This document shows positions 51,221-63,466 of a stretch of DNA of 64,000 nucleotides, in pieces. This DNA is from Balanoglossus misakiensis (lineage: Eukaryota > Animalia > Hemichordata): assembly GCA_040954595.2 (NCBI GenBank), contig CM082595.2:3519943-3583942 (forward strand). The letters run 5' to 3'. Made by a program: the position numbers and the translations under genes. Numbering within the stretch: the stretch's first letter is position 1; each line of letters begins with the position of its first letter. The notes beneath the pieces were generated by a model. It ran no database searches, had not been told where the DNA came from, and worked only from the letters and a program-made list of their open reading frames with translations.

Positions 51221-53448
51221 TATGACCCATGAAAAATGTCCAAAACTGACGAAATCACCAAAATTCGCAAAATCACGAATTTGTCACTTTTCAGGAATTT
51301 TCATGGGCTATAACCCATGAAAAATGTCCAAAACCGACGAAATCACCAAAATTCGCAAATTCACGAATTTGTCACTTTTCGGGAATTTCATTGGCTATAA
51401 CCCATGAAAAATGTCCAAAACCGACGAAATCACCAAAATTCGCACAATCACGAATTTGTCACTTTTCGGGAATTTTCATGGGCTATAACCCATGAAAAAT
51501 GTCCAAAACCGACGAAAACACCAAAATTCGCAAAATCACGAATTTGTCACTTTTCGGGAATTTTCATGGGCTATATCCCATGAAAAATGTCCAAAACCGA
51601 CGAAATCACAAAAATCCGCAAAATCACGAATTTGTCACTTTTCGGGAATTTTCATGGGCTATAACCCGTGAAAAATGTCCAAAACCGACGAAATCACCAA
51701 AATTCGCAAAATCACGAATTTGTCACTTTTCGGGAATTTCATGGGCTATAACCCATGAAAAATGTCCAAAACCGACGAAATCACCAACATTCGCAAAATC
51801 ACGAATTCGTCACTTTTCGGAAATTTTCATGGGCTTTAACCCATGAAAAATGTCCAAAACCGACGAAATCACCAAAATTCGCAAAATCACGAATTTGTCA
51901 CTTTTCGAGAATTTTCATGGGCTATAACAAATGAAAAATGTCCAAAACCGACGAAATCACAAAAATTCGCAAAATCACGAATTTGTCACTTTTCGAGAAT
52001 TTTCATGGGCTATAACCCATGAAAAATGTCCTAAACCGACGAAATCACCAAAATTCGCACAATCACGAATTTGTCACTTTTCGAGAACGTTCGTGGGCTA
52101 TAACCCATGAAAAATGTCCAAAACCGAGGAACTCACCATAATTCGCAAAATCACTAATTTGTCACTTTTCGGGAACTTTCATGGGCTATAACCCATGAAA
52201 AATGTCCAAAACCGACGAAATCACCAAAATTCGCAAAATCACGAATTTGTCACTTTTCGGGAATTTTCATGGGCTATAACCCATGAAAAATGTCCAAAAC
52301 CGACGAAATCACCAAAATTCGCACAATCCCGAATTTGTCACTTTTCGGGAATTTTCATGGGCTATAACCTATGAAAAATGTCCAAAACCGACGAAATCAC
52401 CAAAATTCGCAAAATCACGAATTTGTCACTTTTCGGGAAATTTCATGGGCTATAACCCATGAAAAATGTCCAAAACCGACGAAATCACCAAAATTCGCAA
52501 AATCACGAATTTGTCACTTTTCGGGAATTTTCATGGGCTATAACCCATGAAAAATGTCCAAAACCGACGAAATCACCAAAATTCGCAAAATCACGAATTT
52601 GTCACTTTTCGGGAATTTTCATGGGCTATAACCCATGAAAAATGTCCAAATCCGACGAAATCACCAAAATTCGCAAAATCACGAATTTGTCACTTTTCGG
52701 GAATTTTCATGGGCTATAACCCATGAAAAATGTCCAAATCCGACGAAATCACCAAAATTCGCAAAATCACGAATTTGTCACTTTTCGGGAATTTTCATGG
52801 GCTATAACCCATGAAAAATGTCCAAAACCGACGAAATCACCAAAATTCGCAAAATCACGAATTTGTCACTTTTCGGGAATTTTCATGGGCTATAACCCAT
52901 GAAAAATGTCCAAAACCGACGAAATCACCAAAATTCGCAAAATCACGAATTTGTCACTTTTCGGGAATTTTCATGGGCTATAACCCATGAAAAATGTCCA
53001 AATCCGACGAAATCACCAAAATTCGCAAAATCACGAATTTGTCACTTTTCGGGAATTTTCATGGGCTATAACCCATGAAAAATGTCCAAATCCGACGAAA
53101 TCACCAAAATTCGCAAAATCACGAATTTGTCACTTTTCGGGAATTTTCATGGGCTATAACCCATGAAAAATGTCCAAAACCGACGAAATCACCAAAATTC
53201 GCAAAATCACGAATTTGTCACTTTTCGGGAATTTTCATGAGCTATAACCCATGAAAAAGGTCCAAAACCGACGAAATCACCAAAATTCGCAAAATCAGGA
53301 ATTTGTCATTTTTTGAGAATTTTCATGAGCTTTAACCCATGAAAAATGTCCAAAACTGACAACATCACCAAAATTCGCAAAGTCGGGAATCTGATATTTT
53401 TTGAGAATTTTCATGAGCTCTAGCCCATGAAAAATGTCCGAAAATGAC
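51221..53448 (+). repeat. 88-bp satellite array, about 25 units
   Basis: Unit CCCATGAAAAATGTCCAAAACCGACGAAATCACCAAAATTCGCAAAATCACGAATTTGTCACTTTTCGGGAATTTTCATGGGCTATAA; period measured from 52201 to 52289; degenerates at the right end. Confidence 0.97.
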
Positions 53449-53677
53449 TTTTAGAGTTTAAATGAGAAAAAATCTGATATATTTTTTTGAAAGATAATAC
53501 CTGAGACATCCTAACCAATTCGAACAACATTTATATGTGGGTTCATGAAAATAGAATAATAATAAAAGTGGTATAATTTTGTGGGGAGAAAGAAATTTAT
53601 TACAATTTGATCTATGAACGATTTGTAACCGCCACCGGCCATGAATAACAACCAGGTTTTCACTCTTCAGCCAATAT

Positions 53678-54649
53678 TCATATATTGTCTGCGGATTTCG
53701 ACATCGCTTTCCAGTGCAAGATCTTACCATACGCGCGGCGGAAATCTTTCTTGTAAGCGTAGATCAGCGGGTTGATGGCCGAGTTCGCAAAGCCCAGCCA
53801 GTGAGTGATTTCGACGTTCTCGGGCGATGCGCAGTTGCAGAAATAGTTGAAGAGCAGCGCTATGTAGACAGGCATCCACAGGATGAGAAAGACTACGGCT
53901 ACTATGAAAATGGTCTTGATTTGCTTGGTTTCTCCAGCAGAGAAGGTTTGCATCTGCGGATCGGCAGGGTTACTGTTTCCATTCGGCTCGCTTCTCAGAG
54001 TTGGCGGTTGCGCGTTGATCTGTCGCATCTGCTTTCTCAAGACTTTAAAGATGTAATGATTTGCATATATGATCACTATGAGAGGCAGCAAGGCGGGGAA
54101 TAGGTTGAATATAACGTGGCCGTGCTTGAAGGGGTAGCAGAGAGGGTAATAGATGATATCTACGCTGAGGTCGTGATTCCAGCGCGGCAGGGCGGGGACC
54201 AAGCAGATGCCGACCGAGATCACCCAGGTGATGCCGATGACGATGCACAAACGCCGTGGTGTCACCAGGACGTTGTAACGCAAGGGATACTTGATGGATA
54301 TGTACTTGTCAACGACCAGTATCATGGCGCTGAAAATCGACTCATGGCATACAGTTCCCATGATACCCTGATGGAAACTGCACGCCAGGTCCCCGAAGGC
54401 CCACGTGCCCTTGATCCGATAGACCAGGTGCACAGGACACACGACGGTCCCCAGAACAAAATCTGTGATCGCCAAGTTGATGATCGGGTAGTTGCTCTTG
54501 ACTTGCCGGATGCCGGGAAACGAGATGATGGCGATCATGACCACGGTGTTGAAGACAACTATACAAAGAGTGATCAAAGTCTCGAATGATATCCCTATTA
54601 TGACAGGGATTGTGAAGTACGTCGAATCTAATGAAGTGGTGTTATTCAT
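53678..54649 (-). CDS. Class A (rhodopsin-like) GPCR, aminergic-receptor-like orphan, single coding exon, 323 aa
   Basis: Seven hydrophobic helices; NLAITD (TM2), WAFG..AC, DKY in place of DRY, YPLRY, TM4 W, FLILWMP (TM6), WLGFANSAINPLIY (TM7), DFRRAY helix 8; N-terminal glycosylation sequons. Confidence 0.93.
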   Translation of the reverse strand: MNNTTSLDSTYFTIPVIIGISFETLITLCIVVFNTVVMIAIISFPGIRQVKSNYPIINLAITDFVLGTVVCPVHLVYRIKGTWAFGDLACSFHQGIMGTVCHESIFSAMILVVDKYISIKYPLRYNVLVTPRRLCIVIGITWVISVGICLVPALPRWNHDLSVDIIYYPLCYPFKHGHVIFNLFPALLPLIVIIYANHYIFKVLRKQMRQINAQPPTLRSEPNGNSNPADPQMQTFSAGETKQIKTIFIVAVVFLILWMPVYIALLFNYFCNCASPENVEITHWLGFANSAINPLIYAYKKDFRRAYGKILHWKAMSKSADNI

Positions 54650-55128
54650 TGTCCCCTCAATCTATATAACCAAAAAACACTATTCCCTCACTAATTCCCC
54701 TTCAATTTGACAATGTCTTCTGTAAATACCAACAGATCACCAACTTCTGACAAGAGGATTTGTCCGCGTTCTTTTGAGCTTAGGGTGAAAGCAGAAAATT
54801 CAGAGTCGGTATATCACCAAAACCATAATCCTCTAAGTCTATTCCACGCGACCTCTATCAACATTCTGTGTTAATTGTATCTTGCCGATATTGTGACTTT
54901 CGTCGTTTAGTCTTCGCCTGCGTCTTAACACGCTTTTCAAGGGAATGTCCAGTTGATGTAAAGATCCGACATCGATCTATGTCATGAATCAGAAATACAA
55001 ACATACATATTAAAGTATTTGCGGTATTTCAGGGAGAACTACGAAATCTCAACTTTAAATAGCAATCGGAGAATGCAATGAACGTGATAAAAGGGAAAAA
55101 AACTCTGGATGAATACTCGGCGACTTAC

Positions 55129-55290
55129 CGACACTTCGTCTTCTATTCTCTGGCGAAATCTTCGAAATCAAGTTGGTTTTACGGTCCACGCGAAGAATTT
55201 CTGTTCTTGTGCACCTTAACACAAAATCTGCAAGAGCATTCGATTGTTTTTCAATGCAACTAGTCCTAAAATACTGTGACTTATAAAACC
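55129..55290 (-). promoter_or_regulatory. Candidate TATA box and non-coding first exon of the GPCR
   Basis: TTATAA at about 55281-55286, donor CG|GTAAGT at 55128, acceptor gtatttacAG at 54720, poly(A) signal AATAAA (minus) at 53596-53601. Confidence 0.45.
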
Positions 55291-55828
55291 TTCAAAAGGA
55301 TTCGAGCGTTTCTAATTCATTAAAATGTATACCCAGAAAATTAATTATGGAAGGTAATTCATAATTAAAAAGCATTCTCACCAACGATCGTGTAAAACAA
55401 GATATTTTAAAATGTTTGGAAACACCATCATATCTGATGGGTAAATTACGCGGTTGCTTTGATCTGTAATTGTGCTGTACTGCTACCAGGGTAATTAAAA
55501 CATTTATTGTTTATCTGTTTTCAGGCTATAAATACATGCATATGATTGCTCTGCGGTCCAAAGATGATCCAAACACTCCACCAAGTTTCATTCCGCGACC
55601 CTGAAACTTTACCAGAAGAAAGAAACAGCAATCATATTTTACCAGTTTCGCCTGCATACAAATCTTTAAAAGATGAGTCGACTCCATTATCAAATTGCAA
55701 TAATTGCTTACAGTTGAATGAATACTAGTAGTTTTGCCTGCAACCTCCCAGCCTTCTTGTTTTTTCGCTCTCCCCCCCCCCCTTCTCTCTCTTCAACAAA
55801 CACACTCACTCTCTCCCTCGTTCGCCGC

Positions 55829-58800
55829 ACATTCTCAAAAAGTGACAAATTCGTGATTTTGCGAATTTTGGTGATTTCGTCGGTTTTGGACATTTTTCAT
55901 GGGTTATAGCCCATGAACATTCTCAAAAAGTGACAAATTCGTGATTTTGCGAATTTTGGTGATTTCGACGGTTTTGGACATTTTACATGGGTTATAGCCC
56001 ATGAAAGTTCTCAAGAAGTGACAAATTCGTGATTTTGCGAATTTTGGTGATTTCGTCGGTTTTGGACATTTTTCATGGGTTATAGCCCATGAAAGTTCTC
56101 AAGAAGTGACAAATTCGTGATTTTGCGAATTTTGGTGATTTCGTCGGTTTTGGACATTTTTCATGGGTTATAGCCCATGAAAGTTCTCAAAAAGTGAGAA
56201 ATTCGTGATTTTGCTAATTTTGGTGATTTCGTCGGTTTTGGACATTTTTCATGGGTTATAGCCCATGAACATTCTCAAGAAGTGACAAATTCGTGATTTT
56301 GCGAATTTTGGTGATTTCGACGGTTTTGGACATTTTTCATGGGTTATAGCCCATGAACATTCTCAAAATGTGACAAATTCGTGATTTTGCGAATTTTGGT
56401 GATTTCGACGGTTTTGGACATTTTTCATGGGTTATAGCCCATGAACATTCTCAAGAAGTGACAAATTCGTGATTTTGCGAATTTTGGTGATTTCGTCGGT
56501 TTAGGACATTTTTCATGGGTTATAGGCCATGAAAGTTCTCAAAAAGTGACAAATTCGTGATTTTGCGAATTTTGGTGATTTCGACGGTTTTGGACATTTT
56601 TCATGGGTTATAGCCCATGAACATTCTCAAGAAGTGACAAATTCGTGATTTTGCGAATTTTGGTGATTTCGACGGTTTTGGACATTTTTCATGGGTTATA
56701 GCCCATGAACATTCTCAAGAAGTGACAAATTCGCGATTTTGCGAATTTTGGTGATTTCGTCGGTTTAGGACATTTTTCATGGGTTATAGCCCATGAACAT
56801 TCTCAAGAAGTGACAAATTCGCGATTTTGCGAATTTTGGTGATTTCGACGGTTTTGGACATTTTTCATGGGTTATAGCCCATGAACATTCTCAAGAAGTG
56901 ACAAATTCGTGATTTTGCGAATTTTGGTGATTTCGTCGGTTTAGGACATTTTTCATGGGTTATAGCCCATGAACATTCTCAAGAAGTGACAAATTCGCGA
57001 TTTTGCGAATTTTGGTGATTTCGTCGGTTTAGGACATTTTTCATGGGTTATAGCCCATGAACATTCTCAAGAAGTGACAAATTCGCGATTTTGCGAATTT
57101 TGGTGATTTCGACGGTTTTGGACATTTTTCATGGGTTATAGCCCATGAACATTCTCAAGAAGTGACAAATTCGTGATTTTGCGAATTTTGGTGATTTCGT
57201 CGGTTTAGGACATTTTTCATGGGTTATAGCCCATGAACATTCTCAAGAAGTGACAAATTCGTGATTTTGCGAATTTTGGTGATTTCGTCGGTTTAGGACA
57301 TTTTTCATGGGTTATAGCCCATGAAAGTTCTCAAAAAGTGAGAAATTCGTGATTTTGCTAATTTTGGTGATTTCGTCGGTTTAGGACATTTTTCATGGGT
57401 TATAGCCCATGAAAGTTCTCAAGAAGTGACAAATTCGTGATTTTGCGAATTTTGGTGATTTCGTCGGTTTTGGACATTTTTCATGGGTTATAGCCCATGA
57501 AAGTTCTCAAGAAGTGACAAATTCGTGATTTTGCGAATTTTGGTGATTTCGTCGGTTTTGGACATTTTTCATGGGTTATAGCCCATGAAAGTTCTCAAAA
57601 AGTGAGAAATTCGTGATTTTGCTAATTTTGGTGATTTCGTCGGTTTTGGACATTTTTCATGGGTTATAGCCCATGAACATTCTCAAGAAGTGACAAATTC
57701 GTGATTTTGCGAATTTTGGTGATTTCGACGGTTTTGGACATTTTTCATGGGTTATAGCCCATGAACATTCTCAAGAAGTGACAAATTCGTGATTTTGCGA
57801 ATTTTGGTGATTTCGACGGTTTTGGACATTTTACATGGGTTATAGCCCATGAAAGTTCTCAAGAAGTGACAAATTCGTGATTTTGCGAATTTTGGTGATT
57901 TCGTCGGTTTTGGACATTTTTCATGGGTTATAGCCCATGAACATTCTCAAGAAGTGACAAATTCGTGATTTTGCGAATTTTGGTGATTTCGTCGGTTTAG
58001 GACATTTTTCATGGGTTATAGCCCATGAAAGTTCTCAAAAAGTGAGAAATTCGTGATTTTGCTAATTTTGGTGATTTCGTCGGTTTAGGACATTTTTCAT
58101 GGGTTATAGCCCATGAAAGTTCTCAAGAAGTGACAAATTCGTGATTTTGCGAATTTTGGTGATTTCGTCGGTTTTGGACATTTTTCATGGGTTATAGCCC
58201 ATGAAAGTTCTCAAGAAGTGACAAATTCGTGATTTTGCGAATTTTGGTGATTTCGTCGGTTTTGGACATTTTTCATGGGTTATAGCCCATGAAAGTTCTC
58301 AAAAAGTGAGAAATTCGTGATTTTGCTAATTTTGGTGATTTCGTCGGTTTTGGACATTTTTCATGGGTTATAGCCCATGAACATTCTCAAGAAGTGACAA
58401 ATTCGTGATTTTGCGAATTTTGGTGATTTCGACGGTTTTGGACATTTTTCATGGGTTATAGCCCATGAACATTCTCAAGAAGTGACAAATTCGTGATTTT
58501 GCGAATTTTGGTGATTTCGACGGTTTTGGACATTTTACATGGGTTATAGCCCATGAAAGTTCTCAAGAAGTGACAAATTCGTGATTTTGCGAATTTTGGT
58601 GATTTCGTCGGTTTTGGACATTTTTCATGGGTTATAGCCCATGAAAGTTCTCAAGAAGTGACAAATTCGTGATTTTGCGAATTTTGGTGATTTCGTCGGT
58701 TTTGGACATTTTTCATGGGTTATAGCCCATGAAAGTTCTCAAAAAGTGAGAAATTCGTGATTTTGCTAATTTTGGTGATTTCGTCGGTTTTGGACATTTT

Positions 58801-60000
58801 TCATGGGTTATAGCCCATGAACATTCTCAAGAAGTGACAAATTCGTGATTTTGCGAATTTTGGTGATTTCGACGGTTTTGGACATTTTTCATGGGTTATA
58901 GCCCATGAACATTCTCAAAATGTGACAAATTCGTGATTTTGCGAATTTTGGTGATTTCGACGGTTTTGGACATTTTTCATGGGTTATAGCCCATGAACAT
59001 TCTCAAGAAGTGACAAATTCGTGATTTTGCGAATTTTGGTGATTTCGACGGTTTTGGACATTTTTCATGGGTTATAGCCCATGAACATTCTCAAAATGTG
59101 ACAAATTCGTGATTTTGCGAATTTTGGTGATTTCGACGGTTTTGGACATTTTTCATGGGTTATAGCCCATGAACATTCTCAAGAAGTGACAAATTCGTGA
59201 TTTTGCGAATTTTGGTGATTTCGTCGGTTTAGGACATTTTTCATGGGTTATAGGCCATGAAAGTTCTCAAAAAGTGACAAATTCGTGATTTTGCGAATTT
59301 TGGTGATTTCGACGGTTTTGGACATTTTTCATGGGTTATAGCCCATGAACATTCTCAAGAAGTGACAAATTCGTGATTTTGCGAATTTTGGTGATTTCGA
59401 CGGTTTTGGACATTTTTCATGGGTTATAGCCCATGAACATTCTCAAGAAGTGACAAATTCGCGATTTTGCGAATTTTGGTGATTTCGTCGGTTTAGGACA
59501 TTTTTCATGGGTTATAGCCCATGAACATTCTCAAGAAGTGACAAATTCGCGATTTTGCGAATTTTGGTGATTTCGTCGGTTTAGGACATTTTTCATGGGT
59601 TATAGCCCATGAAAGTTCTCAAAAAGTGAGAAATTCGCGATTTTGCTAATTTTGGTGATTTCGTCGGTTTAGGACATTTTTCATGGGTTATAGCCCATGA
59701 AAGTTCTCAAGAAGTGACAAATTCGTGATTTTGCGAATTTTGGTGATTTCGTCGGTTTTGGACATTTTTCATGGGTTATAGCCCATGAAAGTTCTCAAGA
59801 AGTGACAAATTCGTGATTTTGCGAATTTTGGTGATTTCGTCGGTTTTGGACATTTTTCATGGGTTATAGCCCATGAACATTCTCAAGAAGTGACAAATTC
59901 GTGATTTTGCGAATTTTGGTGATTTCGTCTGTTTTGGACATTTTTCATGGGTTATAGCCCATGAAAGTTCTCAAAAAGTGACAAATTCGTGATTTTGCGA
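55829..60000 (-). repeat. 88-bp satellite array, about 47 units, inverted relative to 51221-53448
   Basis: Reverse complement of the same unit with array-specific variants (CTTCTTGAGAATGTTC or CTTCTTGAGAACTTTC instead of CTTTTCGGGAATTTTC); abrupt ends. Confidence 0.97.
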
Positions 60001-60481
60001 GACAGGGACACAGTTGAAGTTTCAAGATGCATGTTTTATTTTCACTCAATAAAATTATCTATCATACAGTTTCATTTGTACAATTAAAATTAGCCTGTAC
60101 ATCCATAATTGTACTGTACTGTAGTAAATTACTTTCAAAAACAAATACAAATAAAAGTAAATCGAGGTAGACAAAATATACTGTATGTTACACAATTTAA
60201 AAATCTTACTGGAATACTGCCAAGTTCAAACAACTAAGTTCAAAAACTTGTTAAGAAAAAAAAATCAAATTTTCAAAGTACATGCATAAATGCCTTGGTT
60301 TGATAAACCTCTCTAGTGCATTTTTACAAAATCAACTAAGTGTCTGGTTCTTTAAAAAACGTCCCCAAATCCAAGAAAACGTTTTCAAATTAAAGGGACA
60401 AAGTCTCTCTTTCACTCTTCTTTTCCCATTTATTATGTTTGATTCACTACATTGTCTATGCTAATGCACATGTGGATATAT

Positions 60482-60953
60482 ACTGAATCAGCATTCAACC
60501 ATCACGTTTGTAGGATATGAGAGTAAAAATCTCGCCAAATGAATAAATGGTAAACACCGAATATTCATTTTGCTCTCGCGTCTACAAGTGGGATGGAAGG
60601 TGTGTGTGATTGAACTATGAGTAAAATTTCTACATAATGTTTACCATAGAGATTTTCAAAGTCACTAAATTTGGCGGCCATTTTGAATGCCATAGACTAA
60701 GCACAGATATAGGCGGCCATTTTGAACCTCAAATTTGGCGGCCATTTTGAAAGTCTTAATTTTAAGACAATTTTGAAAAGACCTCCCCCCCCTCCCCCCG
60801 AATTTAATGAGTAAATGAAAAATTATTTTCGGCAAGAAATGAATAATCTAAAGTAGCAGTGTTTACCATTTATTCATTTTGACGAGATTTTTACTCTCAC
60901 ATCTATATGCAGGATGGAAGTTGTTTGTGGTAGAACGTTAACGTTGATTCACT
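60482..60953. mobile_element. Degenerate MITE with long inverted arms and three internal GGCGGCCATTTTGAA motifs
   Basis: GAGAGTAAAAATCTCGCCAAATGAATAAATGGTAAACAC (about 60519-60557) is inverted at about 60859-60898; outer ends (T)ACTGAATCA / TGATTCACTA in TA-rich flanks. Confidence 0.7.
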
Positions 60954-61486
60954 ATATACATGTATTCACATGTACTTAACATCAATGGTGTCTTGTATCA
61001 AACATACTTTATGGGAAAAGGGCAGCAAGAGAGAGACTTTGTCCTTTTAATTTTACATGCACAGATTAGACAGAGCAGATCATCAGCACCTATCAGAGGT
61101 TGGGTAATGACTAGCGCCCCCAACAATCCTCAACAAGAATTCTGTTGTTATTTTTACCAATGACTTGTACAAACTTTCCAAATACATTCTATCTCTTCAC
61201 TAACAACGTCTCATGATTTAGAAGGACAGCCTAAGTTACATATGAAATGTGGGATGAATAATATTAATTTGACAATAACCATGCTCATTACACACATCGA
61301 GTTAGACAGACAACTACCGTAGACTGGAGTTTCATCACGGTTCATAAAGTATCTACCATTCTCCCCTCGCCTGATTTCAGAATCTCATAATGGTCATTTC
61401 AATCAAAGATACACCCAACCATGTCAATAAAACAATAGGACTGTTCCTATTCAATGTTGAGAGGGGTAGTACATGTACTACAGATG

Positions 61487-63466
61487 CTATCTTTGGCTTC
61501 CCCGAGCACTTCTCCTGAACACACTCCCGTTACTCTGCCCGCTGATGCTCGGCCGCGATTCCATGGAGCGTTGGGAAGACAGGGTCTGTCGGGAAGACAC
61601 TGACTCCGTATCCGGGGGTTCCATGAAGACGTGATGCGGCAGAGTCAGCGTGCAGCATCCGGTCCTGAGGATGGGCTCCGGCAGTTCACCGACAACGTCC
61701 CATTCGTCTTCATGCGCGCTGTAACACTGGATGTCCTTCTCGCGCTGTCGGCTGCGACCATTGTACCCACCCATGACGTAAATCTTGTTGTCCAGAACGG
61801 CCACTCCGGACATACTGAGCCCGGTCAGCATCGGCGACAGACTCGTCCACTCGTTGGAGTCCGGGTTGTAGCTCTCGCAGCTCATGACATCCACACGGTC
61901 ACCATACGCGTTGACGTGGTTACCACCCATGACGTAGATGCGATTTCTCATCGCCACCATCATGTGGAAGCCACGAGGAACCTGCATTGACTGCAGGGGC
62001 TGCCAGGAGTTGGAGCCCTGGTTGAAGGTGAAGAGGGAACTGGAAAACATCCTGTTGCTAAACCCACCCGAGATGTAGAGTTTATCCTTGAGGGTGCATC
62101 CAGCCAAGGCGTACGTCGGGTCCGGGAAGGACGGCACGTATTTCCACTCGTTCACTTCTGGTTTATAACATTCCACGGAAGAGAGAGGACCCTGTTCGTT
62201 CTTCCCAGCCACGGCAAACAGGCACCCACCTAAGGCCTGCAGAGTGAAGAACGCCCTCCTCTGCTGCATCGGGCAGATCTGAAGCCAGGTGTTGAATCGC
62301 GGATCGTACCGGTGCACCGTCCCGATGCTGTCCTTCCCGTTGGAGTTCAAGCTGACCTGCCCGCCGACGATGTACAGAAAATGGTTCAGGACGGTGACGC
62401 AGTGATCCACGCGCTTCAGCGGCATCGTGGTCAGACGCTTCCACTTTCCGTAGCACTCGTCGAAGATCAGCACGAGGTTACTCACTTGCTGGTCGCCGCG
62501 CTCGCCTCCGATCGCCAAGATGACGTCGTTCGTGGATCGCAGCTTCGTCCGGGGCGACTGCAAGGAGTGCTGTCTGTGCGGCACCAGGTGGTAGTTCAAT
62601 GCCTCCATCAGCAACTTGTGACAATCCGGATCGCGCATCATAAACTCGTGAGACTGTACATGGTCGACCAAATCACTGGACGAGATCAGCGGGAAGCGTA
62701 TATTCCGCATCAGTCTGCTCGAAAACTGCTGACGCGCCTCCTCATCATCCAAGATCCACCTCGCCGCAATTTTGAAGAGCTGAAGTTCAGACTGCACCGC
62801 CAACCGATCTTGCCGCAAGAACCATGCAAGCTGATCTGCATTGAGAGACTGGTAGCTTAGCGTCTGGGCAACTTCGACAAAATTATCAATTATGTATTCC
62901 TGAGATACCTTCAGTAAACTCGTGAATTTGAGTCGGTCGGCTAAGAAGAGTATATGAATGGCGTTGTCAGTGCAGATGGCTGTTTGGAGGTACTCTACAC
63001 AGAGTTTAGTGATGGTTTTCATGTCCAGCTGGATTGATGCGTTCAGGACCGCTTCCACGTTCTCCAGCATCAAGGTGATCTTGGACGTGTAGCAGTATTC
63101 CAGGATGGCTTCCAGTCCCTCGGCGGCGATCTGGGGCAGCTCGATCTCCCGGATGCCGTTGCCGGCGGTGAAGATGGTCTTGAAGTAGTCGCTGCAGGAG
63201 GCCAGCACCGCCCGGTGGATCATGTAGTGCGTGCCGCTGGCGATGACCGTGCCGTCGCAGAGAAGCTTCTCGACCCGCAGCGAGTTCAGACACCCCAGAA
63301 GCTCGTTCGAGTGGCTCTCCGACGTAAACGTCTTGTTCGGCGGCGGGAACTCCAAGTTGTGCAACCGCTGCCGTGGCGACCGGGGACTGGCTGATGCCAC
63401 CGACCGCGGGGAGTGGTGCGCGGAACCCCTGCTTCGGTTGGAGTTGTTCAGTTCTGGAGATGCCAT
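61487..63466 (-). CDS. Kelch-like BTB-BACK-Kelch protein, KLHL9/13/14-like, single coding exon, 659 aa
   Basis: BTB (LCDGTV...HRAVLASCSDYF), BACK (SELQLF...IRFPLI), six kelch repeats (GG...YDPRFNTW, VECYKP..NEW). GCCATGG start at 63466 with an in-frame stop upstream; splice acceptor at 63496 implies an upstream 5'UTR exon. Confidence 0.93.
   Translation of the reverse strand: MASPELNNSNRSRGSAHHSPRSVASASPRSPRQRLHNLEFPPPNKTFTSESHSNELLGCLNSLRVEKLLCDGTVIASGTHYMIHRAVLASCSDYFKTIFTAGNGIREIELPQIAAEGLEAILEYCYTSKITLMLENVEAVLNASIQLDMKTITKLCVEYLQTAICTDNAIHILFLADRLKFTSLLKVSQEYIIDNFVEVAQTLSYQSLNADQLAWFLRQDRLAVQSELQLFKIAARWILDDEEARQQFSSRLMRNIRFPLISSSDLVDHVQSHEFMMRDPDCHKLLMEALNYHLVPHRQHSLQSPRTKLRSTNDVILAIGGERGDQQVSNLVLIFDECYGKWKRLTTMPLKRVDHCVTVLNHFLYIVGGQVSLNSNGKDSIGTVHRYDPRFNTWLQICPMQQRRAFFTLQALGGCLFAVAGKNEQGPLSSVECYKPEVNEWKYVPSFPDPTYALAGCTLKDKLYISGGFSNRMFSSSLFTFNQGSNSWQPLQSMQVPRGFHMMVAMRNRIYVMGGNHVNAYGDRVDVMSCESYNPDSNEWTSLSPMLTGLSMSGVAVLDNKIYVMGGYNGRSRQREKDIQCYSAHEDEWDVVGELPEPILRTGCCTLTLPHHVFMEPPDTESVSSRQTLSSQRSMESRPSISGQSNGSVFRRSARGSQR

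Noticed and set aside
51499-51846. ORF inside the satellite (also 55708-55893)
   Set aside because: Chance open frame in a tandem repeat whose 88-bp period is not a multiple of 3.
52230-52262. CENP-B box in the satellite unit
   Set aside because: TTCG and CGGG occur but not in the TTCGNNNNANNCGGG spacing.
53714-54710. Plus-strand ORFs overlapping the GPCR
   Set aside because: Antisense shadows of a GC3-rich CDS with no recognisable motifs.
51221-60000. CRISPR-like array (palindromic repeats at regular spacing)
   Set aside because: The sequence between palindromes is itself repeated, with no unique spacers and no cas genes, in a eukaryotic context. It is a satellite.
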